Below are positions 35,571-48,096 of a stretch of 64,000 bases of DNA, piece after piece; position 1 is the stretch's first letter; each line of letters begins with the position of its first letter. The notes under the pieces were generated by a model. That model made no database searches. It worked only from the letters and a program-made list of their open reading frames with translations, and was not told the origin of the DNA. A program made the translations under genes and the position numbers. This DNA comes from Lepidodermella squamata (taxonomy: Eukaryota > Animalia > Gastrotricha): positions 1,984,001 to 2,048,000 of the forward strand of contig JBLDXI010000017.1 in NCBI GenBank assembly GCA_047495785.1, read 5' to 3'.

Positions 35571-37140
35571 GGTCGTCGCTAGCTGCACCCGCGCGCTGGG
35601 TGCATAGAATTTGCTCGCTACACCCGAGGGTGCAGGATTATAGCTAGTTACACCCGGAAGGTGTGCGAAAATAGCTGCGTGCACCCGCATCTGGGTGCGA
35701 CCATTTTGCTACGTACACCAAATACATTTGATTGGACGGTATTGAAATCACGGGTGCAGAGAGAAAAACCGCTACACCCACTTGACCGCGCGCGGCGGCT
35801 AGAGAGCCATTTATTGCGCGCCAAGGAGTTAATAATCTGTCCGGTGCCGCTGATCAATGTCATCAGTTCAAGAGTCGAGGCCTTGAAGATAGGGCTGAAA
35901 GCGCAGGCCGATTTCCAGTGTGCAAACCGAAAGCAACATCAATAGGATTAAGACGGTCGCGAGTTGGGCGCTATACCACCGCCGCTACCTTTCGCTCGCG
36001 TTCATTAACACCACTAATCAATATTCTCGAGCCGGTCTACAATAACCTATTACCGCCCGGCTTCCTGCCTTGAACTCGTGCACCCATTGCTTGATTTTCA
36101 CCTGGAGATCAGTGTTTCCCTCGTGACCCGCAGAATGCACCATGACGGCTATGATTGCACCCGCAGCGCCAGAGTCGGAGCGGAAAAAAACAAAGAAATC
36201 GTAACCGCCAATCGTCGACTTCAAAGCCGGCTGCTCCACTTCCGGGTGCCCTACTCAGGAGCGTCTGCTTGTTTCCAACTGGGGTGACTGTAGGCAGTGG
36301 GGTCACTTTGACACTTGGAGGAATAGTAATTCCTAATTCCTATTCCCTATTCCCTCAATTCCTATACTCTTTATTCGTATTCCTACAATTCCTATTTTCT
36401 ATTCCTGTAGGCTTTGACATGCCAAAATAGGGTGACTTTGGCATGCCAAAAATCGAATATGGTTAGGTAAAGACCTCGCGAAAGGAGTACCGTGTTGGAT
36501 CGCCTGGAGGATGGGCAATATAATAATGACATATGATTTCATATTCAATTAGTCTGTTTCGGTTTAGCCGTCACCGAAATTTCAATTAATATTAATATAC
36601 CGTATTTTTTCGAATAAGGGCCGCGGCGACTATTTTCCTGATTTTTTGAAAAAGGCCTAAAACGCGGCGTTTAATCGGGTGCGGCCTTTATTTGGAGTGC
36701 CGCGAAAAAATGCCGCGACTTTACATATTATGTCCTCTCCCAAAATGGGTTATTACGATGCGCATTGTGCACATCCAGGTTGGCCTTTCCTTGGGCTATC
36801 CAACGGTACCCCACTCACTAGGTCTTTACCTTACCATATGTTTGGCATGTCACCCATTCTGGCAAGTCAAAGTGACCCTATTGTGCAAAGTGCGCTAATA
36901 AGTCACCCCAGGTACGTAATCTCGCTAACTCGCATTTTACCTTGTTTAATTACTTCTGTACACCTTGCCGCACCGACAGCCGGCTTTTTCCTAATTCCTT
37001 ATTGTTTGTATAGGGTGTAGCGAGTCAAATCGTCGCACCCACACTAACGCGCGGTATAGGGTGTAGCGAGCAAAATGGTTGCACCGATTGTGTAGCTAGC
37101 AAATCGGATGCACCCGCGTGTGGGTGCAAATAGCACACTC
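35571..37140. mobile_element. Non-autonomous Mutator/Foldback-like DNA transposon with 10-bp TSD
   Basis: GTAAAAATTT lies directly outside both ends (35561-35570 and 37141-37150). Imperfect TIRs with G...C termini carry TGCACCC-N-GGGTGCA palindromes and TTTGCTCGCTACACCC / GGGTGTAGCGAGCAAA in inverted orientation. Confidence 0.75.
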
Positions 37141-38114
37141 GTAAAAATTTTGAGGGAAAAATGCGTTATTTTCGCCCATTTTGCCGAAATGTTCAATGCA
37201 AAATGTTGGTGCTTAATTTGATATACCCATTCTGCAGTTTTTTCGGCCTAAACGGCAAGCGCAAAATAACGCAATAAGCAAACCTTGTCGTGCGTGTTTT
37301 TTCAAGCCAAAGCGCGGCGGCCAGGTGTCACCCAACCGGCACCAACGAGAACCCTCACCTGCGTGCCATTGGCCCAATGCCACCCAATCGCCACCCTCAA
37401 TGGGGCAAAAAATATCGTGAAGTCCAATCGAATGTAAGATCGCGCAATAAGTTTATATTGCTGAAATCGCGAATTCAGCAGCAGTTTTATCACACTTCGC
37501 TTTCGGTAACCGTGACGAAATTTTTCTAGGGAATTTACATATATCCCTGAAATAAGTAGGGTAATTTTATTGGGTAAACGCGCGGTGCAATTAAACTTGG
37601 CGCACCGAAGTCGCCCAAGTTTGAAACCTGCAGCACAATTCTTAATCCAGCGCCCAATTTTAAGGCGTGCAGCCGAAATGTTTACTTTTTAACCGTGATC
37701 GCAGCCGGAAATATATATATTGGCAGCCGAAATGTTGAACTTTGCAGCACAATTATTTATCCTCCTTAATATCAACTTTCTCTCCATAAAAACATCTTGA
37801 AATGATCGTTACATGTTTCCCGATAATGTTGATATGGCCCGAGCCTATGGCTGCGTTCGAAGTTGGCGATGTTAACGAAGGAAATACCCACCCAGGCATC
37901 AGGCATCACCCAGGTTTCTGTGAATTTCGAATTGGCCGATATGCGCTGAGTCTCGGGATGAGACACGCGCTTGCAATAAAGGTGTCTGTGTGATTATACC
38001 CGTTCGAATCCAGGACTGGCTGCGCGCCATTCATGGTTATAACTCCATAAATTTCATTTCATTTATTTGTTTCTGCAGTTTCGCGTTGCGCGTGTACACA
38101 GAATTGATAAATCC

Positions 38115-38648
38115 TCATTGGCGCCTCACCGTCGATACGGAACATTTAGAAAAATTAGGCAACAAATTATGTAAAATATAGTTTTTAAAAACAGAAATGG
38201 AACGCGTATTTATAATATCAGAAGGTATTTTGTTCCAAATTTTGTATATTCTGTTTGAGATGGAAAATTTTTGAGCATCAGAGCGGCATTTCGAAGGAAT
38301 CAGACAGTGATTGGCTTTTCTGTGATTAGACGAAGGTGTAAATAATGAAGAAAAAGGAAGATCAACAAAATTATGATAGGATTTATAGCATAACAATAAG
38401 TCGCGAAACAAACGGCGATGTTCAAGTGATAAGATACCATTGTTTTTACAAGCTTGTTCATACTGCAAAGTAGGAAAAACCGCTTTTAGAAATTTTTGTT
38501 GCACTTTTTCAATATTATCAATAATTTTTAGTATATATGGGCTATAAACAGTAGAACAATAATCGATAATAGGTAAGACGTAGGCTTTATATGCTAAAAT
38601 TTTCATACGATTACATTTGAAACTTTTGATAATAACTTTTGATAACAA
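38115..38648 (-). mobile_element. 5'-truncated CR1/L2-type non-LTR retrotransposon (ORF2 C-terminus)
   Basis: AYKAYVLPIIDYCSTVYSPY...IEKVQQKFLK...LSLEHRR..DLLLCYK...FSISNRIYKIWNKIP; AT-rich compared with the flanks. Confidence 0.85.
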
Positions 38649-38727
38649 ATTACCCTAAATTACCGATATAAAAAAATATTGCTACGCCCGGGTGGGTCTC
38701 ATCAAGAAATGAGCAGGGTGGGTCTCA

Positions 38728-39009
38728 ATGTCTTACCGTGTTTTTCATGTGTTGTACGCTCATCGTGCGCGTACGAGAGAGCATACAGCGCGCGTACGAC
38801 AAATCGCTGAAATAAAAAATACAACGCGAAAATCGGCTTTCTTTGATATTCGCAACCGGGCGCGCAGCTCAATTTTTCATTCAAGGAGGTGCCAGGTGTG
38901 CGGAGAAAAAAGCGGAAGCACGCGCCGATTATTACCTGTTGAACAGTCAATGGCACGGTTACTAGTTGCGGCGTCGTTCGAACACCTCACACCGTTTCTG
39001 CCCTCATAG
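38728..39009 (+). mobile_element. Possible piggyBac transposase C-terminal Cys-rich remnant
   Basis: RRCQVCGEKSGSTRR...L...SF.H resembles the piggyBac RRCxVC...TR..C..C..LC..CF..YH tail, with several Cys lost. Confidence 0.35.
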
Positions 39010-40417
39010 TCTGTCCTTACATTAGTCATCGGTGGCTCAGGTACCGGCCGTTGACCCGGAATTGCGCTGGCGGGGCCTAGAAATTGAAAACCAGCCGGCC
39101 GCCGCCGGCCTGGTTGAAATTCAAACAAAATAATGGAAACTATTTCCCCCCTTCGAACACTGCCGCTTGTAAGGTCGAAAATACTTGTAAAAAGTAACTT
39201 CTCAAACGCATTTTTGAAAAATTCGGGGAATAATTTCACGTATTCACGTCTTTGTGCGGCGCACTTCTCAAATCGCGCTGCATTCATTGAAATCCTGCTG
39301 CAGGTTGCGTAATTTGCGCTGCGTTTGGTCAAAATGCGCTACGCACAGTCATTTTGAGCTGCAGGCTGCAGGTTTAAGATTTGGGCGACGCGTTTCAATT
39401 AGGCGATTAAACTCAGCAGATTATAACAATAACTATCCTGATTTCAAACGAGTTATCTGGTACACGGCTTGGGTCAACGATATCAATAATTAATACATAC
39501 CAATTTATGGGTATTGAAGCTGCATTTGGCATTGGTTGCGGCGCCGATTTTTATGCGCGGTTTGACGCAAACTTTCGCTTTTCTGCGTCACCGCCGGACT
39601 ATTTGCCCCGTTTTTTCCGACAACAGTCATAACTCTGTGGTAATATTTTAGGCCTCATGTCACTTCAAACCGTCGAATTCTAGTATATATCTATTAGCCG
39701 TGACGTGGAGCCTTTCAATAGGATTCAATGGGCATATCAATGACGCAATTTCTCGCAGAAATCGCACAGCAGGTTCGCGTACGTCGATTGCGCGCCAAGT
39801 GCTATTAGTTTTCTATGCGGAATGATTCCTTCAGGAATGTTTTGCTTGATGAAAGCAAAGCCTCCCACGTCCTTGCGGCGTGTGGCTAATAACCGGACGA
39901 ACAGGTAATATTCGGGTTGGGTGGCGAAACCAATTTTTTACTTGTCACTTGCTGAATGCGCCCACAAGACCATTTTTTGCCAGTCATGTTGCCGAGTTAC
40001 CGCTTTTCAGCCGCATGCTGTTTCAGCAAAACGGCGCCAACCGGTCCTTGCGGCCGTTTCTAGTTCATTATCTTACATGGCCCCTCTTTTGAGGATTCTC
40101 GCGGCCAAAACACTGCTTATAAGGAAAAAATTATTATTTCTAATAGGCACCTATTCTGAGTATGAATTTTCATTTATCGAGTGTGTGCTATAGAGCTAAA
40201 ATGCTGAGATGAAGAGCCTGTGGCCTCAGTCAAAATTTATTGAATATTTTATGAGAGCACGCCATTTCGCTATTTACTTCGGTACATTTTTCGGTAAAAT
40301 AATATGTCGACTTATATATAATTATTTAATAACATCATTATACTGACTGCATGTAACTAAGGGGCCGGTTCTAAGTTCGATTTCTTTGGTTATTAGGATT
40401 TTTATTGTTGATTGAGG

Positions 40418-40962
40418 ATGCCGTTGAAGGACTGGTTGCCTTCGATGCCCGATTGGGGCAAATTTCAGGGGAAACTACCAGCTATGCCCGATAGCGTGGT
40501 CAGAATAACGGATAAAGTGACCGCAGCACCGAAACGATTTTTCGCCGAAGATCATTCCTTTTTATACTTCGCCCTCGCTGCAACGGCTGTTCCTGTTGCC
40601 GTGTACTACTACAGGAAACATCATCCTATCGATAATCATCGGCATCGGGACGAAAAAAGCGGCGAGCACAAACACAGGCACAAGCATCATTACCACAAAC
40701 ATGACGACGGCGACGAACACCGGTATCACAAACACCACAAACACCATCACCATCACCACAAAAGCGAAGATGGAGAGCAAAAGTAATTTTTTTGCAGGAT
40801 TTGAGATCAGCTTTTGGAATTTTCAACTTTTCTAGGCATCGTAAGCATCACCACCATAAACATCATCATCATGAATGCTCGCAACAATCTCAGCAAACTA
40901 CACCGATCAATAGCAAGACGATTGTGGACAATTGGAACATCACCAAGGACGCCGAATTATAA
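40418..40962 (+). CDS. Small (163 aa) single-TM histidine-rich protein; exons 40418-40782 and 40836-40962
   Basis: TM FLYFALAATAVPVAVYYY followed by RK and His/Lys blocks. A 53-nt GT-AG intron (40783-40835) continues in frame into HRKHHHHKHHHH...KDAEL-stop. Confidence 0.75.
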
Positions 40963-42306
40963 GAAGCACCTTTTCGGCGGCTGAATGGCGTTCTCGCGCA
41001 AAATCTCGTAGATGTCTTAGAATGACATCGAATTATTATAATTTTCGGTTATACTTTCGCCTTTCGATGACAGTGATTATAATAATCGATGATCGGATTA
41101 CGTTTTAGAGTATTTTTCTATTGCACAAATTTGCTATATTTTTGCACATTAACTCACGCGAAAATTCTGCTGCTCCGTATATGAAATTGCCTTTTGCCTC
41201 GAAATCTACTGTGCACCGTCAAAACTGATGTTTTCAAGTATTCTTTCCTACATTTTCGCCCTTTATATGTACGCGGAATTTCTTCGGCTGACTGATCAAA
41301 GAGACAATAAAAATCGGATTTTTTCTTCGGTATTCATGCTTTTATTACTGAAAACAAACAAAAAAATGAATATATATATCTCGGATTTCCAGATACTTTT
41401 AAATATATAATATTGAAGCTACCGATAAAGAGCCCGTTCATTTAAATACAACAAGGTTTATACGATAAATAGGGCATCTATAGGCAGATTGATGCTTTCT
41501 TTCACCAAAAACAAGAGGCAAGTCACAACACAAGGCTCAAAAATACAGCTTCTTGTGCCAAAAATGTATCTTAAATAATTATTATTTTAGTACAATTTGC
41601 TATCTGTAATGATGTGTAAACGATCGAAAAATTAATCATTTTCGCCATCATGCATACACAGTAAGTCACAATTTAATTTAATCAGTTGTAGTTTCAGCAG
41701 GTCAACCGATGAAATGAATCAAGGAATAGTCATAAGAGATAACCACAAGAGACCATACGAGAAGACGAAATCAAACTAAAAAAATTAACCTGACCGTAAG
41801 TTCTTGAACGCACCTTACATACCCAACAGAAGAGCTAAAAATAACGCTTTTCCTCAAATATTAAGGAGGTTCAACAATAAATATATCGCTTCAATAGTAA
41901 CTGCCGATTCACAGTCTAGTACACTTGCGTTTATAATAATGTAGTATAATATAAAAGATTCATAGTAGAAAGAAAACAGAAGGATGCACATAAGATTTGT
42001 TTTTGGCTTCAAATAACAATAATATAGATTTCACAGGATGTTCATCGCTTTTTCACTCAACTTTACACTCAACTAGTCCCACTTCGTACCGATGAATTGT
42101 GCATTGCGAATTTTCAAAGATTACAGCGGTTTGTTTCCTTCTCTCGTTTGACAAGATACAGGACAGCAAGATCAAAGTAGCATTTCACGAATGTTCTGCT
42201 TGAATAGTTAGGTAGATTACAATGGCATATATAGAGAGAATAATATTATTGCGCGTTTTTTCTGGCAAATATAAAATATATTATCATAGCAACAGCATTT
42301 TTTACG

Positions 42307-45300
42307 TCACGGTTTCCCGCTCAGCCATTGCCGATACATGCGATTCGTCGCATCGGCGTGATCACCATCTCGCATGTGCCGCGAAACAATGTCAAGAGGA
42401 ATTAGATGTTTACCCAAATGCAGCACTTTCATATCGGTTATATCGCACTCAATTTGCATAAGAGCGACACTACCTTCAGGCGGTGAGACGGTTTCATTAA
42501 GGGAGAACAGTGCTGGGAGGATCAGCGACATTTTTGGCCGCGATGTACGGTTGACAACAAGAGCCGGGAAAATCAGCTGGTCGACGTGGAATGAAACCAT
42601 GTAGAAAGTGTCGTTGCGTTGTCGAATAGTTTTCGCGAATTTTTCGTATTGAGCCAAAGAGGCACTTTCTTCCGTCGCTGCTTCGACAGTTTGATCTGCG
42701 TGAGCTCGGCGTAACAACTGCTGCTGACGAGCCGAAACTACCCGACGTCGGTACAGCTGAACGTCAGAAGACGACGGACTGTTGCTGGGAGCAGTAGCAA
42801 CTCGGCGCCTTAAATGAAAGAAAACCATAAATTAATGAAAAAATCCGCCTTAAACTTGCTTTTTCAACTTTTTCAATTCCTATTTGAGACGTGGCAAGCG
42901 CTCTTCGCGCATTAAACGAGCACTTCGCCAGCTGATGTTGCGCAATTATTTGACAAAAAGAGTGACTAAGTGCCGGATGCCACGTCTCAATATTTAACAT
43001 TTCACACCAACTGCTCAAACCAGGGTCAAAATACGACATTTAGGTATGGTTTTACGACAGGACTTGAGAGCGGAAGGCAAAAGAGAGCGTGACATAAGGG
43101 TGCATTGAAGGAAAATAAGGATTATCGATGAGCTCCGAGTTAAAATAGTCACCAGGCCTCCGACTGGATAGGAAGAAGAAAGCATGAGTATACGCGCCAT
43201 ATTAGCCCGCTTGTTTGTATTGTTAAACTTAATTTGAGACGCAAACCAAGAAAAGGTGACTAATTGCGTTTTCGCTTTTATCAGAAAGAGGCGAGAGCTG
43301 GCGCGATTCTATTATGCGCCTGTTTTATTTGAGAGCTTGAAAAAATGTGTACCTTTTCCTAATTTCATCTATTATCTGCAAAGCAAACACGGTAAGACGC
43401 AGTTAATCAGGTTAGGTTGAGGCTACGACACAACTCCTCAGTCGGTATCTATACATTTCGCATAGAAATTAGAGGTCGCAGGCAAGCTCAACTTAAACAT
43501 ATAACTTGCAATATACTATTGTACCGTAAAATCCGAGCCGGGTATGATCACATGATAAGACCAGAAAATCCGTAAAAAGCCAGCAAAACGGGAGGCAATT
43601 TTGAATCTGTTTGCTGTTTTGGCTGAAACTTGGAGCTTCGCTTAGGGTAAAAAACGCCAAACACCCCTTAGATCGAATGATATACGAAAAATGAGTTTGT
43701 TCCTATATAGGTGCGGAGTCGTTCGAAGTTTGACCTTGGCGTGGCGTCAATTAGGCGCAATCGCCTACATCATTCGATAGGGCGCAATCAGTTGCCTAGG
43801 TGCCATGAAAAGTTGTTCCAGCAGTCGCAATCAAATATGACCAGAAATTGGAATGAGTGACACTAGTCGTACATCGCGCAACCGAGGAACACGCGTTCAT
43901 CTAGCATAAAGCGTCCCCTAGGGGAAAACGCGATTTTAGGGGAGTGCCCGTTCGCCTAGGTGAACAGTGTGTTCCGCTAAATTATGGTCGTAGGAGAATG
44001 CGCGATTTAGGGGGGAAATCGCGAAATAGCGGATGGCGCCTAGGTATTAAATGCTGCGTGGTAATCTCAGAAAATCGCAGGTGATTTTGAAACAATCCCA
44101 TTGATCCAAGTCAACACTATAGGCGGACAATTTAAAAAACCGAACACTCGCGAAGATGAGCTTATTATTGCTTACTTGTGCGCCGGCAACGCAAAAAAGC
44201 TGCACAGAAACGCAAATGTCGCCAAGTAAAAGCGCGTTCCGCGGTTGCGCGCGTTCGCCTGCGACATTTATTTACGCGATTTTGCTGCTCTTACATATGA
44301 GGAATTTAAATAAGTAACTGATAAGTATTGGTAAAATTCAGGCCAACCTCAACCTTAACCCCAAAATTTAAAATATGCATACAAGTATACGAGTGGTGAA
44401 ATCGAGCATTCATTAGAAAAGCAGAATGTACCGGGTTTGTATTTCATCTTACATTTCACCGCGCAACTATCATAACAAAAAACTGTGAGAGATATGCAAA
44501 GATATGCAAATTAATTTGTGCCTGTTTCCTTGTGGCCTTTTTGCGCCCAAAAAAGCCGCAACCATGATAGCTACTGAGTCAGTTGTGCCTAGTCACATTC
44601 GAATCCTCGCAAATTTCTACAGTATGAGGACGCAGAACATCTCGTGCACAGATAGCGCTAGGCGGTGAAAAATTCAAGCGAAAATGCCACAACATTGGCG
44701 GTGACTGCTCTTGCAATCAGTCACAAGCTCAGCCGCGCGACTCCCAGCGGCAAAACTATAAGGGCTAGACGTCGAGCTTGGACTCAAAATGGGCAGCGGA
44801 CTATGCTCTAAATGACAGGACCATATTATTTTGCGAACGTCAGAATACTGGTGGAACTTGGCTTACGTTTTGAAAAAATTAGGCATAGGAAAACCGAAAC
44901 TTCACTGTTTTTTCAATTAGATAAATTGGGTTTTTGTCAAAAATGCGCGCACAAGTCGGCTGTCAAGTGGTGCCCCGCAGCTTCTCAGGCATAAAAACTC
45001 GCGTGAATCGCGCAAAAGATCGCTGATAGAAGGAGAAGCGCATTAGATGGAGTAAACTGCAATAATAAGTTGAAGAATGCGATTCCTAGTGGTTTTGGCT
45101 CAAAAGCGAATAATAGAAGGCAGAGCCGAAAAAAGGGTAGGTCTCGCTTATTAAGATTTGATTGAACCTATATAGGAAAATGAGGATATAAGGTAGCTAA
45201 GCAATTTAATTCAGCGCCATTGCTGGCTTTGGACTTGATTGCAATCGAAAACAGGTGAAAACTAGAAACTGGAGCAAATTTTTAGAGAGTTTACGGACCC

Positions 45301-47265
45301 GGAATCTGATCCAATTTTGGATCTAAATAAGCTCAGACTCCTTGTTTGGGCAGTTGAAGTGTTAATAACACCTATTAATTCTTACCTTGAATTGATGACT
45401 CGCGTTGGCTTCTCATCAGGCGCTTGTCCAGATTTCGCCGGCTTTTGTTGAAGTGAAGCCCATTGCGAGAGAGCATTCACAATGCGTTGAGAATGAGTTG
45501 CATTCACAAGGCCATTGGGACATTCCGGATGCCCGCTACTACTCGTCGTCACGTCCTCGATCTCAAGCAATGCGTCATCCATGAGTGGTAAATCCACATC
45601 ATCAACCGAGTCGAATTCGAAATAAGCGTTCGGCGCACGGGGCAAAATCATCAAATCGTTTGAATCATCAAACTGCGAACTGCGTTTCACTCTGAAATTC
45701 GCCGGGTAAGACATCTGACCGGCATCCAGGGTCCGGGATTGAATGCGAGGTTCAGGGTAAGGAACATCGGGTATTTCATTCTTCGCGTAACTTAAATCAC
45801 CAACTCCCGCGACGGCAACTGGAGTGACTGAGGTTGAAGATTCACGAAACAATTTAGACGCAAATGGAATACAGTTAAACGCAAAAATCAGCGAGAAAAT
45901 CAGCAAGGCCTTGCTATTCGGCCGAGTTGCGATGAAAATTCGCTTCACAGCTGGTTGTTGAGTATTCGCAGCAGACTGCTCAGCGGGCCTTTTAGTGGCC
46001 GAGACATACGTTAAGGTAGGTTTCGTGTCCCGAGTAATTTTCGCAGCAGGGATTGCATTGACTGGCTGTTTTAGAAGGCTATTAACCACCGGAGCGGCCG
46101 GTTTAACAGGAATTTTCTTAGGAATAGGCTCATCGTCGATCAAATCGATAACAGGACCCGACCGCATTGAAATCTGCGGTGAAACAGGTTCAGAATTTGA
46201 GAAAGTTGGTGATTCGCTGATAGAAATCGGCGACATCTCGTCGTTACTGCTCACCGAGCCGGCAGAAGAAAACGCTGAGACAGAGCCGGTCGACGAAGGT
46301 CCGCCTATATTGCCATTACTCCTCAATCCCATATTTTCCTCATGCAACCGCTCAACCATGCGGCGCATTTCTTCATTCTGCTGTTTCACCTGCTGATTCT
46401 CCTCAGCTAACTGCCGAACTCGTTCTTCCAGCGATTCTAAATAGGCCTTCTGCCTTTGTCGCGATAAATTCGCGGCTTCTCGATTTTTTAATATCCTCAT
46501 CTGCTTTTTAGCCTGCCGGTCCAACTCGTCTTTTTGCTGCTGATATTGCGAGGCGGTCAGACCAGGTTGGCTAGGAATTGCAACTTTGCCCTGAATTTTG
46601 ATATCCTTCACATTCACAACTTTACCAGTCGCCTATTGAATAGAGACCTAGAGTGAATAAATTCAAGGAAGATGGGATAAAAATCATACCTGTTGAATGG
46701 GGAAAGCTGTTAAAGATCCATTAGGTGATATGACTAGGCAGGGCTTCGGAAGAATCGGCTTCTTATCCTCGACGATAGTGACCGGAATTGCAGCCATCGG
46801 TGTCTGAGGTGCGAGTGGTTCCAACTTGATCAAAGTCGTCGGCACCTGAGTCGTCGTTTTAATGAAGGCATTAGGTGGAAAACTCAGATTATTCGCCGGC
46901 AAATTGTTATTCGCAAAAGACCGGCCGATAATCGACGACGTAGTGGTTGGTACGATGATATCGTCCACAATACCGACGTCAGATTCGTCAGACGAATCAC
47001 GCCGGTAGACGAGGGGAACTTGAGAATTAGCACTCGATGCGAAATGCGACGCGTAAGAGTCTTGCGTTGAGGAATTGCAGTCGACATTAGTTACAGGGCA
47101 GTGACCGCCGGACGAGCCCAGCGACGACGACTCCTGCGACTCGGCCGAGTACAACTCGTCGAACAGATCGAGCGGCTGGTCGAGCAGAAACGACGAGTAG
47201 TTCTGTTGCTGACCGGCATCGAGTAACGGCTCATCGAGGCCGAACTCGTCCAATTCAAAATTCAT
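42307..47265 (-). CDS. ATF6: ATF6-family membrane-tethered bZIP transcription factor; exons 47265-46690, 46632-45386, 42808-42307 (extra small exons in the long intron not excluded)
   Basis: bZIP RILKNREAANLSRQRQKAYLESLEERV; TM containing NCIP (S2P NxxP); RTL as a candidate S1P site; luminal RNDTFYMVSF...RPKMSLILPA...MQIECD. Phase-2 donor at 45385 matches phase-2 acceptor at 42809. Confidence 0.9.
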
Positions 47266-47398
47266 TCGTAATTCAACCCTCTAGAAAACAGAAAAAATCC
47301 ACCTTAATTATTATCACTGGCACATATCAGCAGGATAATTCTTTCTTTATTTTTGTCTCCTTCATCAAAACTACTAGCACGCGACTGAAAGAATGCAC

Positions 47399-47779
47399 TT
47401 AGCTCTTCTCGTAGGCCCTAGAAAATAATAAAAAAGTATTAAGGAGGTGTTTTACTTAGGGGTAACGATTCACGTACTTGCCGACGATACCGTCACGGGT
47501 GGCGAGACGGACAAGCGACGCGTCTGACTCGCCAATGCGGCGAATTTGTCCGCAAACGGTGTACCGCTTGACGGAGCCAGTCGCCAGGCCAGTTTCAGGG
47601 TCGAGATCGGCAAAGTCGATTTGAACCGAGGCGTGGTCCTTGGCGGCGATGAGCCAGTTGCTGGCAGAGCTGTAATTCAGCAAATATTATTAAACCAGTG
47701 ACAGGACTGAGAAAATCGATAGAACATACCACTTGCGGGGGATGTACTTGTCAGAATATTCGCCGGCGTCGTTTTGCAT
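47399..47779 (-). CDS. RPS21: 40S ribosomal protein S21 (eS21); exons 47779-47730, 47669-47478, 47417-47399
   Basis: MQNDAGE...[20 protein letters not shown]...CGQIRR.GESD; two GT-AG introns of about 60 nt; AATAAA at 47351-47346 on the minus strand. Confidence 0.95.
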
Positions 47780-47859
47780 GTTTGTAGCTTTTTTCGGTTA
47801 AATAACCAAATAAATGCCTAGACACCAGGTGAGCAAAATTTATTATAGCATATTCGCAC

Positions 47860-47870
47860 CGCAAGGAAAG
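47860..47870 (-). promoter_or_regulatory. Probable TCT/5'-TOP pyrimidine initiator and non-coding first exon of RPS21
   Basis: CTTTCCTTGCG is followed by a GT...AG segment (47859-47818, 42 nt) ending 38 nt before the ATG. A TOP start with a 5'UTR intron is typical of animal ribosomal-protein genes. Confidence 0.5.
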
Positions 47871-48096
47871 TCGCTTTGTTAATATAATATAATATTAAGG
47901 AATTTCGGGCTTTTAATCTGATAGGACCAGTGTTGGCTAGTATTGCTTTTTGTGTTATAGAAACAACGAGAAAAAATATAGCGATAAAGAAATCGATCAA
48001 CCGGCAGGTCGGAAGGCACAACAATGCGGAATTGGCTAGTAGATAGTCGTCCCTCAAAAAATTAGTATGGTGGCAAGTAATCGCAAAACAATGCAC

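Noticed and set aside
36018-36239. KQWVHEFKAGS resembling a mariner transposase HTH
   Set aside because: The match is too short and has no supporting DDD-domain sequence.
36328-36408. TTCCTA-rich tract as an interstitial telomere
   Set aside because: The units are irregular and do not form clean TTAGG or TTAGGG arrays.
47780-48096. CTH to RPS21 as an operon junction (AATAAA at 47844-47839, about 20 nt before an AG)
   Set aside because: A TOP-like CTTTCCTTGCG followed by a GT donor explains the AG as an ordinary 5'UTR intron, so RPS21 probably has its own promoter.
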